Assembly (NCBI GenBank): GCA_021735245.1
Contig: JAIPHJ010000001.1
Span: 20,837 to 84,836, forward strand
Origin: Candidatus Bipolaricaulota bacterium
GTDB lineage: Bacteria; Bipolaricaulota; Bipolaricaulia; M55B111
Direction: 5' to 3'
Length of the DNA: 64,000 nucleotides
Shown here piece by piece: positions 40,341 through 49,838 of this stretch. Made by a program: the position numbers and the translations under genes. Each line of letters begins with the position of its first letter. Within the stretch, counting starts at the first letter, position 1. The notes beneath the pieces were generated by a model. The model saw only the letters and a list, made by a program, of their open reading frames with translations. It had not been told where the DNA came from and made no database searches.

Positions 40341-42248
40341 TTGAACGAGGATAACGATTTCAATCGTGACTACGACCGTCATGACGAGGACGACGAAAAG
40401 CACAGAGAAGATAATCAGGGACAATTTAATTTCCCCAACAATAACAACAACTTTCGCAATATAGCTCTTATCGTCGGAGCAATTATACTTTCTTTGATAC
40501 TTTTTCAGACGCTCTTTAATTCTCCGGCCAATCAGGACGAAATCAGTTACACTGAATTCCTCCGCCAGGTAGAATCGGGAAGGATAGCCGAAGTAACTAT
40601 AAAGGGAGGGCTGATAAACGGCGTATACCAGAGCGGGGGCGAGTTCGTAACCAGAGGACCACCCGAATCAAGTGATTATCTTACCAAACTCAGGGATCAG
40701 GGAGTTCGGATAACCTACGAGGAAGCCTCCGAAAGTAACTGGTTCTTTTCCCTACTTATCTCCCTGCTACCCGTCCTGTTGATTATAGGTCTGTGGGTAT
40801 TCATGATGCGCAGGATGCAGGGGAACAACGCACTTAATTTCGGGAAAAGTCAGGCTAATCTGGTGAACAAGGAGTTTTCCGAAGTTACTTTCGACGACTT
40901 TGCCGGCGTGGAAGAAGTAAAGGAAGAAGTCCAGGAAATAGTAGAATACCTAAAAAACCCCAGAAGATTCGAAAAACTGGGTGCCGAAGTCCCGAAAGGA
41001 ATGATCCTCGTAGGGGCTCCCGGAACCGGTAAGACCCTGCTATCGCGTGCAATAGCTGGTGAAGCTGAAGTACCTTTTTACGAGACGAGCGGATCTAACT
41101 TCGTCGAGATGTTCGTAGGAGTAGGAGCTTCGAGGGTCCGTAACATGTTCGAGAAGGCCAAGGAAAACGCTCCTTCGATTATTTTCATCGACGAACTCGA
41201 CGCGATAGGCAGAAAACGCGGTGCGGGATTGGGGGGAGGCCACGACGAAAGAGAACAGACCCTGAACGAGTTACTGTCTGAAATGGATGGTTTTGATCCC
41301 AACGAAGGCGTAATAATACTGGCAGCGACTAACAGGCCCGACGTTCTGGATCCGGCCCTCCTGAGGCCTGGAAGGTTCGATAGGAAAATTACCGTGCCTA
41401 CCCCTGACATCGACGGGAGAAAGGAAATTTTAAAAGTACATACCAAAGACAAAAAACTCTCGGAAGACGTCGATCTGGACGTACTCGCCCGGAGAACCCC
41501 GGGGTTTGTCGGGGCAGATCTCGAAAACCTGGCAAACGAGGCAGCGCTGCTGGCCGGCAGGAAAGGCAAGGAAATAGTAGAAATGACTGACTTCGAGGAA
41601 TCGATAGACAGGGTAATAGCGGGAGTCAAGCGAAAAGGTATGGCAATAAGTGACGAAGAAAAGGAAAAGATTGCCTACCACGAATCGGGCCACGCGATAA
41701 TTGGGAAGCTTCTGCCGAACGCGGACCCCGTACATAAGATATCGATCATCCCGAGATCAAACGGGGCACTCGGATTTACTCTCCAACTGCCGCTCGAGGA
41801 GAAATTCCTAGTATCGAAGTCGGAACTTCTGGACAAGCTAACCACTCTCCTGGGGGGAAGAACTGCGGAGGAGCTGGTTTACAACGAGGTTACAACCGGG
41901 GCTCAGGACGATTTCGAGAAGAGTACGGATATCGCCAAGCGGATGGTAGTCCAGTACGGAATGAGCGACAAACTCGGTCCGATAAACCTGGGCCGGGAAA
42001 ACGGAAACGTATTCCTCGGTGAGGAAATAGTAAAAAGCAACGAACACTCGGAAGAGGTATCCTCCCTGGTGGACAAGGAAATCCGCAAGATAGTCGAAGG
42101 CTGTCACGACAAGGCAAGGGATATCCTCAATCATAATAAAGAAGTGCTGAAGAAACTGGCGGAAAAGCTCATCGAAGTAGAAGAGCTCGAGGGAGATCAA
42201 CTGGAAGAAATTCTCGACCAGGCAGCCTTGCCGGCCGGTAATTCCTAG
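40341..42248 (+). CDS. ftsH: ATP-dependent zinc metalloprotease FtsH
   Basis: Two TMs, [41 protein letters not shown]. Confidence 0.97.
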   Translation: MNEDNDFNRDYDRHDEDDEKHREDNQGQFNFPNNNNNFRNIALIVGAIILSLILFQTLFNSPANQDEISYTEFLRQVESGRIAEVTIKGGLINGVYQSGGEFVTRGPPESSDYLTKLRDQGVRITYEEASESNWFFSLLISLLPVLLIIGLWVFMMRRMQGNNALNFGKSQANLVNKEFSEVTFDDFAGVEEVKEEVQEIVEYLKNPRRFEKLGAEVPKGMILVGAPGTGKTLLSRAIAGEAEVPFYETSGSNFVEMFVGVGASRVRNMFEKAKENAPSIIFIDELDAIGRKRGAGLGGGHDEREQTLNELLSEMDGFDPNEGVIILAATNRPDVLDPALLRPGRFDRKITVPTPDIDGRKEILKVHTKDKKLSEDVDLDVLARRTPGFVGADLENLANEAALLAGRKGKEIVEMTDFEESIDRVIAGVKRKGMAISDEEKEKIAYHESGHAIIGKLLPNADPVHKISIIPRSNGALGFTLQLPLEEKFLVSKSELLDKLTTLLGGRTAEELVYNEVTTGAQDDFEKSTDIAKRMVVQYGMSDKLGPINLGRENGNVFLGEEIVKSNEHSEEVSSLVDKEIRKIVEGCHDKARDILNHNKEVLKKLAEKLIEVEELEGDQLEEILDQAALPAGNS

Positions 42249-42255
42249 GATTAAC

Positions 42256-43437
42256 ATGGCCACCGACGTCGTAATTCTCGGTTCAACAGGTTCCATCGGC
42301 ACTCAGACCCTTGAAGTAATAGAAGACCTGGAAGCTTCGGATCAGGAAAAGTTTAATATTATAGGGCTTGGCTGTGGTACCAATACCGACCTTCTGGTCC
42401 GCCAGATTAACCGGTTTCACCCCGATACGGTCTCCGTAAAGAGCAGTCAGGAAAAGCAAATTGTTTCCCGGAAGATAACAGAAGAAGTCGAAATAAAAAC
42501 GGGGCCCGAAGGTTTAAATAAACTGGCCAGAATGACGGACTCGGGAACGGTCGTAAACGCTCTGGTCGGGTTCGTTGGACTGGAACCGACGCTGGAAGCA
42601 ATCGACAACTCTTCCCGGCTACTCCTGGCCAACAAAGAATCCCTCGTGGTCGGAGGTCCTCTCGTTTATCGCAAACTAAACGATTCGGAGACCTCACTCA
42701 TCCCTATAGACAGCGAGCATAACGCGATCTTTCAGGCGTTAGAAACGGGAGAAGAGAACGAAGTGGAGCGTTTAGTAATCACCGCTTCAGGAGGACCTTT
42801 TCTGTCGACCCCTCTGGACCGGATAGAGGTCGCTTCTCCGGAGGAAGCGTTAGATCATCCAAACTGGGACATGGGAAGCAGGATAACCTGCGATTCGGCA
42901 TCAATGGTTAACAAGGGACTCGAGGTTATCGAGGCCCACTGGTTGTTCGACCTCCCCTACGAAAAGATTTCAGCGGTGGTCCACCCTCAATCGGTGATCC
43001 ATTCCCTGGTACAGTTTCGTGACGGTTCGATGATTGGAGAGCTGGGAGAGCCCGACATGAAGGTGCCCATTCAGTACGCCCTCACATACCCCAGAAGGCT
43101 TAAAAACAACTACGATCGAACCGACCTGGTTAATCTGGCAAAGCTCGAGTTCAAAGAACTGGAAGAAGAGCGCTATCCCGCATTCAAAGTCGTCGTTGAA
43201 GCCGGAAAGTCCGGAGGTAACAGACCCGCTGCAGTCAACGGAGCAGACGAGGAGTTAATCGACGAATTTCTTGCTGAAAATATTAGATTCGGAGGCATCG
43301 CCAGGGGGTTAGAGCTGGTCCTCGAGGACCTCGAGCCTGTTGAAAATCCGACGTTGGAGGACCTAAAATCGACTGACGCCTGGGCGAGAAAAAAGGCCAG
43401 GTCCCTGGTAAAAGAAAAGATAATCGGAGATCGATAA
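42256..43437 (+). CDS. dxr: 1-deoxy-D-xylulose-5-phosphate reductoisomerase
   Basis: ILGSTGSIGTQT, LANKESLV, PIDSEH, LTASGGPF-like, HPNWDMG, NKGLEVIEAH. Confidence 0.97.
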   Translation: MATDVVILGSTGSIGTQTLEVIEDLEASDQEKFNIIGLGCGTNTDLLVRQINRFHPDTVSVKSSQEKQIVSRKITEEVEIKTGPEGLNKLARMTDSGTVVNALVGFVGLEPTLEAIDNSSRLLLANKESLVVGGPLVYRKLNDSETSLIPIDSEHNAIFQALETGEENEVERLVITASGGPFLSTPLDRIEVASPEEALDHPNWDMGSRITCDSASMVNKGLEVIEAHWLFDLPYEKISAVVHPQSVIHSLVQFRDGSMIGELGEPDMKVPIQYALTYPRRLKNNYDRTDLVNLAKLEFKELEEERYPAFKVVVEAGKSGGNRPAAVNGADEELIDEFLAENIRFGGIARGLELVLEDLEPVENPTLEDLKSTDAWARKKARSLVKEKIIGDR

Positions 43438-43441
43438 AAAC

Positions 43442-44095
43442 ATGTCAGATAAATGCGTATACGGTGGAAAGCGTAAAGGAGAAAGGGAGTGCCCGGCGCT
43501 AGGGGGTATGATCTGCAGCAGGTGCTGTGGTGAACACCGGGGCGTCGAGATAAACTGTCCTCCCGATTGTCGCTACTTCAAAAAGCACGAAGAATTTCAG
43601 CAGACCAAACACGCGGAGTCCTATCGGCAGACCTGGGCGGAAAAGAACCAGGACCTTCTGGAAGAAGAGAACCGCGAACTAATAGAAGCGATCGGAGTCC
43701 TGGAAACGCTGATCTACTACCGCTACAGGGACGACACCAGACTTACGGACAAAAAAGTAATTAACGGCCTGAAGGGGCTCGAAAACAAGTTCAAGACGAT
43801 TGAATTACCGGGATCTCCCTCTGAATTTACCGACTTTGCCCACGAGGAACTCCAACCGCTGCTCGAGAAAGGCAGATTTTCTCGTGAATTGCTAAAAGAA
43901 GCGGCATCGAGGCTGATTACGATCGCAGAAGATTATACTGACGACTCCAGACAACTGGTTCAGGGGGTCGTTGGGAGAATCAAGGAAGATTACGACCTTC
44001 CGGCAAAAGATCACGAAAGCAGGACGGAAGAGATCGAATCGCTGATTACCACCCCGGGTCAGTTCAATCAGGGAGGACCGGGACCCAACCGTTGA
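43442..44095 (+). CDS. Hypothetical protein with Cys-rich N-terminal domain
   Basis: C...CPALGGMICSRCCG..R...INCPPDC.Y; begins 4 nt after dxr. Confidence 0.8.
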   Translation: MSDKCVYGGKRKGERECPALGGMICSRCCGEHRGVEINCPPDCRYFKKHEEFQQTKHAESYRQTWAEKNQDLLEEENRELIEAIGVLETLIYYRYRDDTRLTDKKVINGLKGLENKFKTIELPGSPSEFTDFAHEELQPLLEKGRFSRELLKEAASRLITIAEDYTDDSRQLVQGVVGRIKEDYDLPAKDHESRTEEIESLITTPGQFNQGGPGPNR

Positions 44096-44383
44096 ACGAC
44101 GAGCAGGGCCCTGATTGAACTCAGTTCTTTCACCAACGGCGGATTTAGCCCCCGGCTCGAAAACTGAAGTCGACCTTCATGAATTAAGTTTCGGTTTCAT
44201 ACGATGATGAAAGGTTTGAGTTAAACCTAAGTTGAGCGATCCTCTCGTTTAAGACCAACTTCTAAGACAGAATACAAAAGAAAGTGACTTACGTTGGATA
44301 AACCTAATTATCTCACCCACTGGGTGATGATTAAAAGGTTAATCAAAATTACTCTCCCATAACTTTCACTCAGCCCTCAGGTG

Positions 44384-44506
44384 TCCAGCACTTAGTTGAG
44401 GATCGTAACCTGGTTACGACTAAGTAAATTATATTAACTCGGGCTGCCCTACGTCTTAAACGTATAAACTTATGATCCAGACTATGTGTCTCAACTAAGT
44501 GCTGGA
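44384..44506. mobile_element. Putative MITE / IS remnant (123 bp)
   Basis: Perfect 17-bp terminal inverted repeats tccagcacttagttgag (44384-44400) and ctcaactaagtgctgga (44490-44506); non-coding interior; no clear target duplication. Confidence 0.55.
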
Positions 44507-44593
44507 GGACCTATTTTCGCTTTTAAAATATATTTTACGGAGTATCTTATTCTTTACAGCTAACAGAACAAAACAGCTCAATTTAGGTTAAAT

Positions 44594-46114
44594 TCAATCA
44601 CCGAGCTTTACAAGTTCTTCAAGGTAGGTTTCTTTCAGCCCAAAGGCCAATCCTCCCAATACGTAACCCACAATTCCCGCAATTACACCTGAGGCCACTA
44701 CCGAAAAGTCGCTGGCAAACGGTATGAACTCTCGCACTGCCAGAACGACCGCCCCCATGACCCCTGCTGAAGCCAGAACTTTTGCCAGGAAGAAGTTTCC
44801 GGGAAGGAATTCCTGGAGACCTGTCTTATTTCGAAACGCAACCAACAACAGTAATCCATTGACTAGTCCACTCACGCCGGTAGCCAGAGCCAAGCCCCCT
44901 ACTTTCATCGGGCCGATTAGCAAGAGGTCCAGCCCAACATTAACTCCAACAGCTATCGAACTTATTACTACCGGGGTAAACGTATCCTTCATGGAATAAA
45001 AAGCTCGAGAAAAGAGCGTAACGAAGCTGTAGCCAACCAACCCGACCAAATATAGATGAAGTACGTGGGTCGTCCTGACCGTGTCCGACGGGAGGAAGTT
45101 TCTATGCTCGAACAGAAGCTTTATTATCGGTTTACCCAGGATAAACAGGCCGAGCGTCGCTGGAACCACTATCAACAGCGATATCTTTATCCCCCGGTTC
45201 AGCATCTTCGCGTAGTCTGACTTCTCGCCTGTTGCCCACTTTTCAGATAGCCTGGGGAGTATGGCGGTAGATATCGCAATGGCAAACAACCCGAGCGGAA
45301 GCTGATATAGCCTGGTGGCATACTGAAGTGACGAAACGGACCCGGCAACCAGGTGGGACGCGAGTTTGTTATCGACCATTACGTTGACCTGCATCGCGAC
45401 CAACCCGAGCACCACAGGAGCCATCATTTTCAATGCTCTCTTAAGTCCCGGGTGTAAGGGAAATAGAACGGGTGCCCAGGAGAAGCCGCTCCGCTTCAAA
45501 TAGGGAAGCTGAAAAGCAAGCTGCCCCACACCGCCCAGGAGCACACCGACAGCCAGTCCAAATATGGGTCTAGAAAAGTAACTTCCCAGGAACAGAGCGC
45601 CAACTATAACACCTACATTAAAGAACACCGGAGCAAACGCCGGGGCAAAGAAGGTTTTTTTCGATTTTAGTATACCCATAACGAGCGCTGCCATGCCAAT
45701 TATGCCTATAAACGGGAAAATTACTCTCGTAAGTTCGACCGTCAATTCCTGCTGGGAGGGTGAGAAACCGGAAGCGAGAAAGGGAATGAAGTACGGGGCA
45801 AGCAAAATTCCCCCCAGGACTATCAGCGGAAAGGTCAATATAGACAGATTTATGGCGTTGGCAGCCAGCTTGCTGGCTTCCCGGGGATCGTTTTTGAGAT
45901 AGTCGGTATAGATCGGGATAAAGGAAAGGGCGAGCGCCCCTTCCGCAAGCAACCTTCTGAGGAAATGAGGTACGTAGAAAGCAATTAGATAAGCGTCGTA
46001 AGCCGCTCCGGCACCGAACCTGTCGGCAATTACTATATCCCGGAACAGGCCGAACACGCGTGATACTGCAGTGGCCCCGGCGATAATTATTATATCCCTG
46101 GCAAACCGTCTCAT
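44594..46114 (-). CDS. murJ: Lipid II flippase MurJ (MviN)
   Basis: SRVFGLFRD, AF.VP..LRRLLAEGAL...FIP, YA.RLYQLPLGLF. Confidence 0.96.
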   Translation of the reverse strand: MRRFARDIIIIAGATAVSRVFGLFRDIVIADRFGAGAAYDAYLIAFYVPHFLRRLLAEGALALSFIPIYTDYLKNDPREASKLAANAINLSILTFPLIVLGGILLAPYFIPFLASGFSPSQQELTVELTRVIFPFIGIIGMAALVMGILKSKKTFFAPAFAPVFFNVGVIVGALFLGSYFSRPIFGLAVGVLLGGVGQLAFQLPYLKRSGFSWAPVLFPLHPGLKRALKMMAPVVLGLVAMQVNVMVDNKLASHLVAGSVSSLQYATRLYQLPLGLFAIAISTAILPRLSEKWATGEKSDYAKMLNRGIKISLLIVVPATLGLFILGKPIIKLLFEHRNFLPSDTVRTTHVLHLYLVGLVGYSFVTLFSRAFYSMKDTFTPVVISSIAVGVNVGLDLLLIGPMKVGGLALATGVSGLVNGLLLLVAFRNKTGLQEFLPGNFFLAKVLASAGVMGAVVLAVREFIPFASDFSVVASGVIAGIVGYVLGGLAFGLKETYLEELVKLGD

Positions 46115-46116
46115 GG

Positions 46117-47826
46117 TTACCTGGGTATTAAGGCCAACCCAACCGGAATTCGTCTGGTTCCCCCTACAGTTTCGATTCTAACCCCGTCCCGGTAAATCAT
46201 TCCGGCGGAGGAACCACCGTCGAAGGCTATTGCGTTCACGATATCCAGCCCCGATTTACTCAGCAATCCTGGTAAAGCCTCTAGACCCACCCCAGCACCG
46301 GAAACCACAATAAAGAGCAGGCTACCTTCCCCTGTGGTCGCCAGAATTGTCCTCCTTGCTCGGGATTGCACTAGTCCGCCGTTATAGGAAAAATTCTCTT
46401 CTTCGAGATTCAGGACGTTCCTCCCGTTTTTTATCAGAAGCGGCCCCGCACTTACCGCTCCTCTCAACATGGGCACAAACGGATCCATTGTCCAGTCAAA
46501 CTCCGCCTCGTCCCCTTTCCTCAGCCCTTCCAGTTTCGCCCTTTCCCTGCCGGTAGCAACTACTACCGTCCGATTACGTTCGAGAGAAGTCGGCGGAGTA
46601 GAAGACCGGGTGAAAACTTGTCCGTTCTGAATCTCCAGATATACGGAAGAGCCACCGGAACTAATTCTCTTGCCGTACTCGGAAGTATAAACTACCAGAT
46701 CGTCGTCCCCGGCGGGTCTGTTCAGACCCTGAACCTCAACTTCCCCCCCTGAAGTCCGGAGGAACAGATCCAGGTCGGGCCGGAAAAATTTCAATCGACC
46801 GAAGTAATCGATCCCGACCGCAGCCCTGTTTCCCCAGTCCCGTGAGAGCAATTCTCCGTCCTTGATAATCAATCCTATCGGAGTGTACGTTCCCGGGTCA
46901 AAGAAGTTGGCATTTAGCCCGGCGACGCCAAAATTTTCCCGGACGAGCCTGGAGAGCTCACTCCCTCTACCTACTTTCCCTCCCGACAGAACGGGTACGA
47001 GTCGGTACTCCTCGCTCCAGTCGGATATTTCCAGGTAGTGAAGCGTCTGCCTCCCCCCGTCCGCCCAGAGCTGCATCTGATTGTAGGAAAAATTCTGGTT
47101 CGTCGTGAGCTTGTCGGTGGCCGGAGCAAAAGAACTTTCGCCCTCTTTTTCGTGGAATTCAATCTGAAAATGAAATCCCGACTCCCCCCGGTGGGTTTTT
47201 ATGGTAGTTCCAACCCCCTTTTTTAAACTCAACCGCAAAACAATCTGTTGATCCCGGCGGGTTACAACGGAGGCTTCATTAAGGTAAGAACTAACTTTTT
47301 GAAAGTTTATCCCCCCGGCACCCGAGGATTTTGTTGCGTTAAAAAACCTCAAATCAAGAATGTTGCCGGTCGTCGATCGGGAAAAACTCGAGTACCTGTC
47401 AAAATTTAGGGAAAGCTCGCCGGACCGGGTCGAAACCGAAAGTAGTTTAGCAGGTTTTATCCTTACATCAGCTCTATTTCCCCGATAATTCACCTGGCCG
47501 CCGAGGTTCTCAACCAGCAAGTCCAGGTCTATGAATTGGTTGCCGCTGGCTCCGGAAAGTGTTTTTTTATCTACGTAAAACGAATCCGTCTTACCCCACT
47601 CTAAGACATACCCCCCGTCTCTGCCCGGATCCGTCCGGGCTCCAAACAGCCGAGCCGCTTGTTTCAGAGGGACCTGGGGTCCGTCTGAAGAACCAATTAC
47701 TTCAAGACCGTCGAGTCGGTCACCGTTCAAAAATACGGTAGGAGTCCCGCCGGAAAGTAGAAGGACGGAAGCTGCTGTCAGAGCAAACGCAGCCAGTACC
47801 AGTGCCCTCGTAACCCCTGAATCCAT
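46117..47826 (-). CDS. Exported phosphodiester glycosidase (NAGPA-like) domain protein
   Basis: Signal peptide; AGLNANFF, AGPLL, ARRT, A.AFDGGSS in the C-terminal domain. Confidence 0.8.
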   Translation of the reverse strand: MDSGVTRALVLAAFALTAASVLLLSGGTPTVFLNGDRLDGLEVIGSSDGPQVPLKQAARLFGARTDPGRDGGYVLEWGKTDSFYVDKKTLSGASGNQFIDLDLLVENLGGQVNYRGNRADVRIKPAKLLSVSTRSGELSLNFDRYSSFSRSTTGNILDLRFFNATKSSGAGGINFQKVSSYLNEASVVTRRDQQIVLRLSLKKGVGTTIKTHRGESGFHFQIEFHEKEGESSFAPATDKLTTNQNFSYNQMQLWADGGRQTLHYLEISDWSEEYRLVPVLSGGKVGRGSELSRLVRENFGVAGLNANFFDPGTYTPIGLIIKDGELLSRDWGNRAAVGIDYFGRLKFFRPDLDLFLRTSGGEVEVQGLNRPAGDDDLVVYTSEYGKRISSGGSSVYLEIQNGQVFTRSSTPPTSLERNRTVVVATGRERAKLEGLRKGDEAEFDWTMDPFVPMLRGAVSAGPLLIKNGRNVLNLEEENFSYNGGLVQSRARRTILATTGEGSLLFIVVSGAGVGLEALPGLLSKSGLDIVNAIAFDGGSSAGMIYRDGVRIETVGGTRRIPVGLALIPR

Positions 47827-47876
47827 TTAGCAATGACTCCGGTGGTTAGTTGCCTTGCCCAACCCGGGGAAGCCGA

Positions 47877-48365
47877 TCAACTTTCTTCCTCTGGTTCTTC
47901 TTCAGTGGATTCTTCCTCTTCTACGTTAACTTTTATATTGGCGTGAATGTCTTCGTACAGTCTTATTTCGACTCCGAACTGCCCCAGCTCTTCTATCGGA
48001 GAGTCGAGCCTTACCGCTTCGGGTGGCAGGTCAATACCCGTCTCTTCCTTTATGGATCCCACTATATCTTTCTTCCTTACGGAACCGTAAAGATGATGTT
48101 CTTCCTGAGCTTTACGATAGAACACCAGCTCTAATCCGTTTAGTTCGTCGGCTCGTTCCTCGGCCCGTTCCCGTCTCTCCTCTTTTTTTTGGCTTATTTC
48201 CTTCCTGATCTTCTCGTAGCGTCTTTTGTTTCCCACCGTCGGTTCGACAGCCAGCCCTTTTGGAAGCAAGTAGTTCCTCCCATAACCATCGGAAACTTCT
48301 ACTTTTTCCCCGACTTCACCTAGATCTTCTACCTCTTCGGTTAGTATTAATTCCACTGATTCCAC
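47877..48365 (-). CDS. rplI: 50S ribosomal protein L9
   Basis: LGEVG..V.V.DGYGRNYLLPKGLA, LYGSV. Confidence 0.96.
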   Translation of the reverse strand: MESVELILTEEVEDLGEVGEKVEVSDGYGRNYLLPKGLAVEPTVGNKRRYEKIRKEISQKKEERRERAEERADELNGLELVFYRKAQEEHHLYGSVRKKDIVGSIKEETGIDLPPEAVRLDSPIEELGQFGVEIRLYEDIHANIKVNVEEEESTEEEPEEES

Positions 48366-48615
48366 CCCTAAAAGTTATCTTAATGGTAAAATCCCTATCG
48401 ATTCGAGTTAAATTTCTCTCCAGTTCGTTCCTTTCCGAACTTCAAAAAGCTCTGTAATTCTACGACTCAATACTATTTCGTTCAAGATCGAGGAAAGCGC
48501 CAGCTCTGGAATGAGGCTTAAAAACTAACTAAAATATCGGTTCTTTAACCATCAATTAAAAGAGAGGCGTGAGATGGGCAAAGAGTTCGTTTTACCCTAC
48601 ATACACTCAGGCGCT

Positions 48616-48680
48616 ACCTGGCTGCCGGAATTTTCGATATATTTGAGTTTCTCGAGGTTAAATCAGCTGCCAGGAAAGCG
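48616..48680 (+). repeat. Dispersed ~60-bp intergenic repeat, copy C
   Basis: acctggctgcc-N16-ttgagtttc-tcg-aggttaaatcagctgccagga; ends cctggc/gccagg are complementary. Confidence 0.75.
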
Positions 48681-48784
48681 ATCAGAGGGTAAATAGTGGG
48701 CCAGAAAGATAATCACGGAGATGGTAAAGAAACTGAGTGTGGATAATATCTAGTACCAGTCGTGGACCGAACCGATTCAGTCCA

Positions 48785-49681
48785 TCAAAATTTTTCTTCT
48801 TTAAGTACCCGGGCCTTCTCCTTTGTAATTTTATTAATCAGCGGGTACTCCTCACCCAAAGAACCGGACAAAACCTTATCGAGGAGGTCTCGTGCCATCT
48901 CTTTCTTTCCCTTCTTTAGAGCATAGTACTTGGCGTAAGAAAAGTAATTTTCCAGACAGTTTGGCGCAAGCTCGATCGCCCTTTCAAAGTGTTTCTTTAC
49001 CTTCTCCCAGCTTAGATCGTACTTATTGACCTGCATAATGGTTACCGGCCACCTGCCGAGTAATTCTCCGGCAATCGACCCCAGAGCCCGATGCGCGCCT
49101 CCACCCAGGTAAGTTTCGTCAAGGCTCACCGCCCGACGATTTAAAGCTACGAGGGCGGGAAGATCGCCGAGTGAGTCCAGTATACCTTTGGTCTCCCCCA
49201 GGCGCCCGAGATTCGCCCCCGTCCAGAAGACCGCTTCTACGTCTACAACCGTTTCCGGAAGGTTTTTAAGTGCCTTGAACCCTTCTTCTTCGTAAAGTTC
49301 AGCAAACTCTTTATTGGACTTCAGGCTTCTTAATCCGTACTTGTACCCCGTCCGGTAAGCGGACCTTCTTTCTTCCGTTCCTTCCAGGTAAGCTTCCGCC
49401 AGAGTAAAGTAACCCAGCGAAAGCCTGGTTAAAGCGTGGCGATTATCCGGATCGACCGTTAGGACGTCCCGGTAAAGTCCCATGGCGTCTCTCAACCGAT
49501 CCTCTGTTCTAGTAACAGTTCGTGCTTCCCGGGCGACCCGGTCAGCTTCCCTTAACAGTTCCCGAAGGCTTCTATCTCCACCAATCTCCCCCGTTTCAGC
49601 GGATGACCCTGCTCCCGTCACTAGGAGCAGTAACAAAATAAAAACCGATAAATAGGCCGATAATTTTTTCTTATTATTCAT
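48785..49681 (-). CDS. Exported TPR-like protein, TRAP transporter TatT-component-like
   Basis: Signal peptide; AVFWTGANLG, LDETYLGGGAHRALG, KKHFERAIEL.P, YAKYY. Confidence 0.7.
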   Translation of the reverse strand: MNNKKKLSAYLSVFILLLLLVTGAGSSAETGEIGGDRSLRELLREADRVAREARTVTRTEDRLRDAMGLYRDVLTVDPDNRHALTRLSLGYFTLAEAYLEGTEERRSAYRTGYKYGLRSLKSNKEFAELYEEEGFKALKNLPETVVDVEAVFWTGANLGRLGETKGILDSLGDLPALVALNRRAVSLDETYLGGGAHRALGSIAGELLGRWPVTIMQVNKYDLSWEKVKKHFERAIELAPNCLENYFSYAKYYALKKGKKEMARDLLDKVLSGSLGEEYPLINKITKEKARVLKEEKF

Positions 49682-49838
49682 ATCCAGAAAGTTTAACAAA
49701 AATTTGTTAATTATATTGAGCCGTCTCCCTGGTGTAAACACGGAGGTAACGAGAGGAAGTTAAACCGGGTAACAGGTTAAGGCTTAACCGGAATAAGATC
49801 TGCTCCATCGGGTTTCGCATCACCGGGTGCGATCAACC

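Noticed and set aside
40234..40365. Calling a bona fide CRISPR array
   Set aside because: Units share only 8-11 nt, the third lies in ftsH and there are no cas genes; kept only as a speculative finding.
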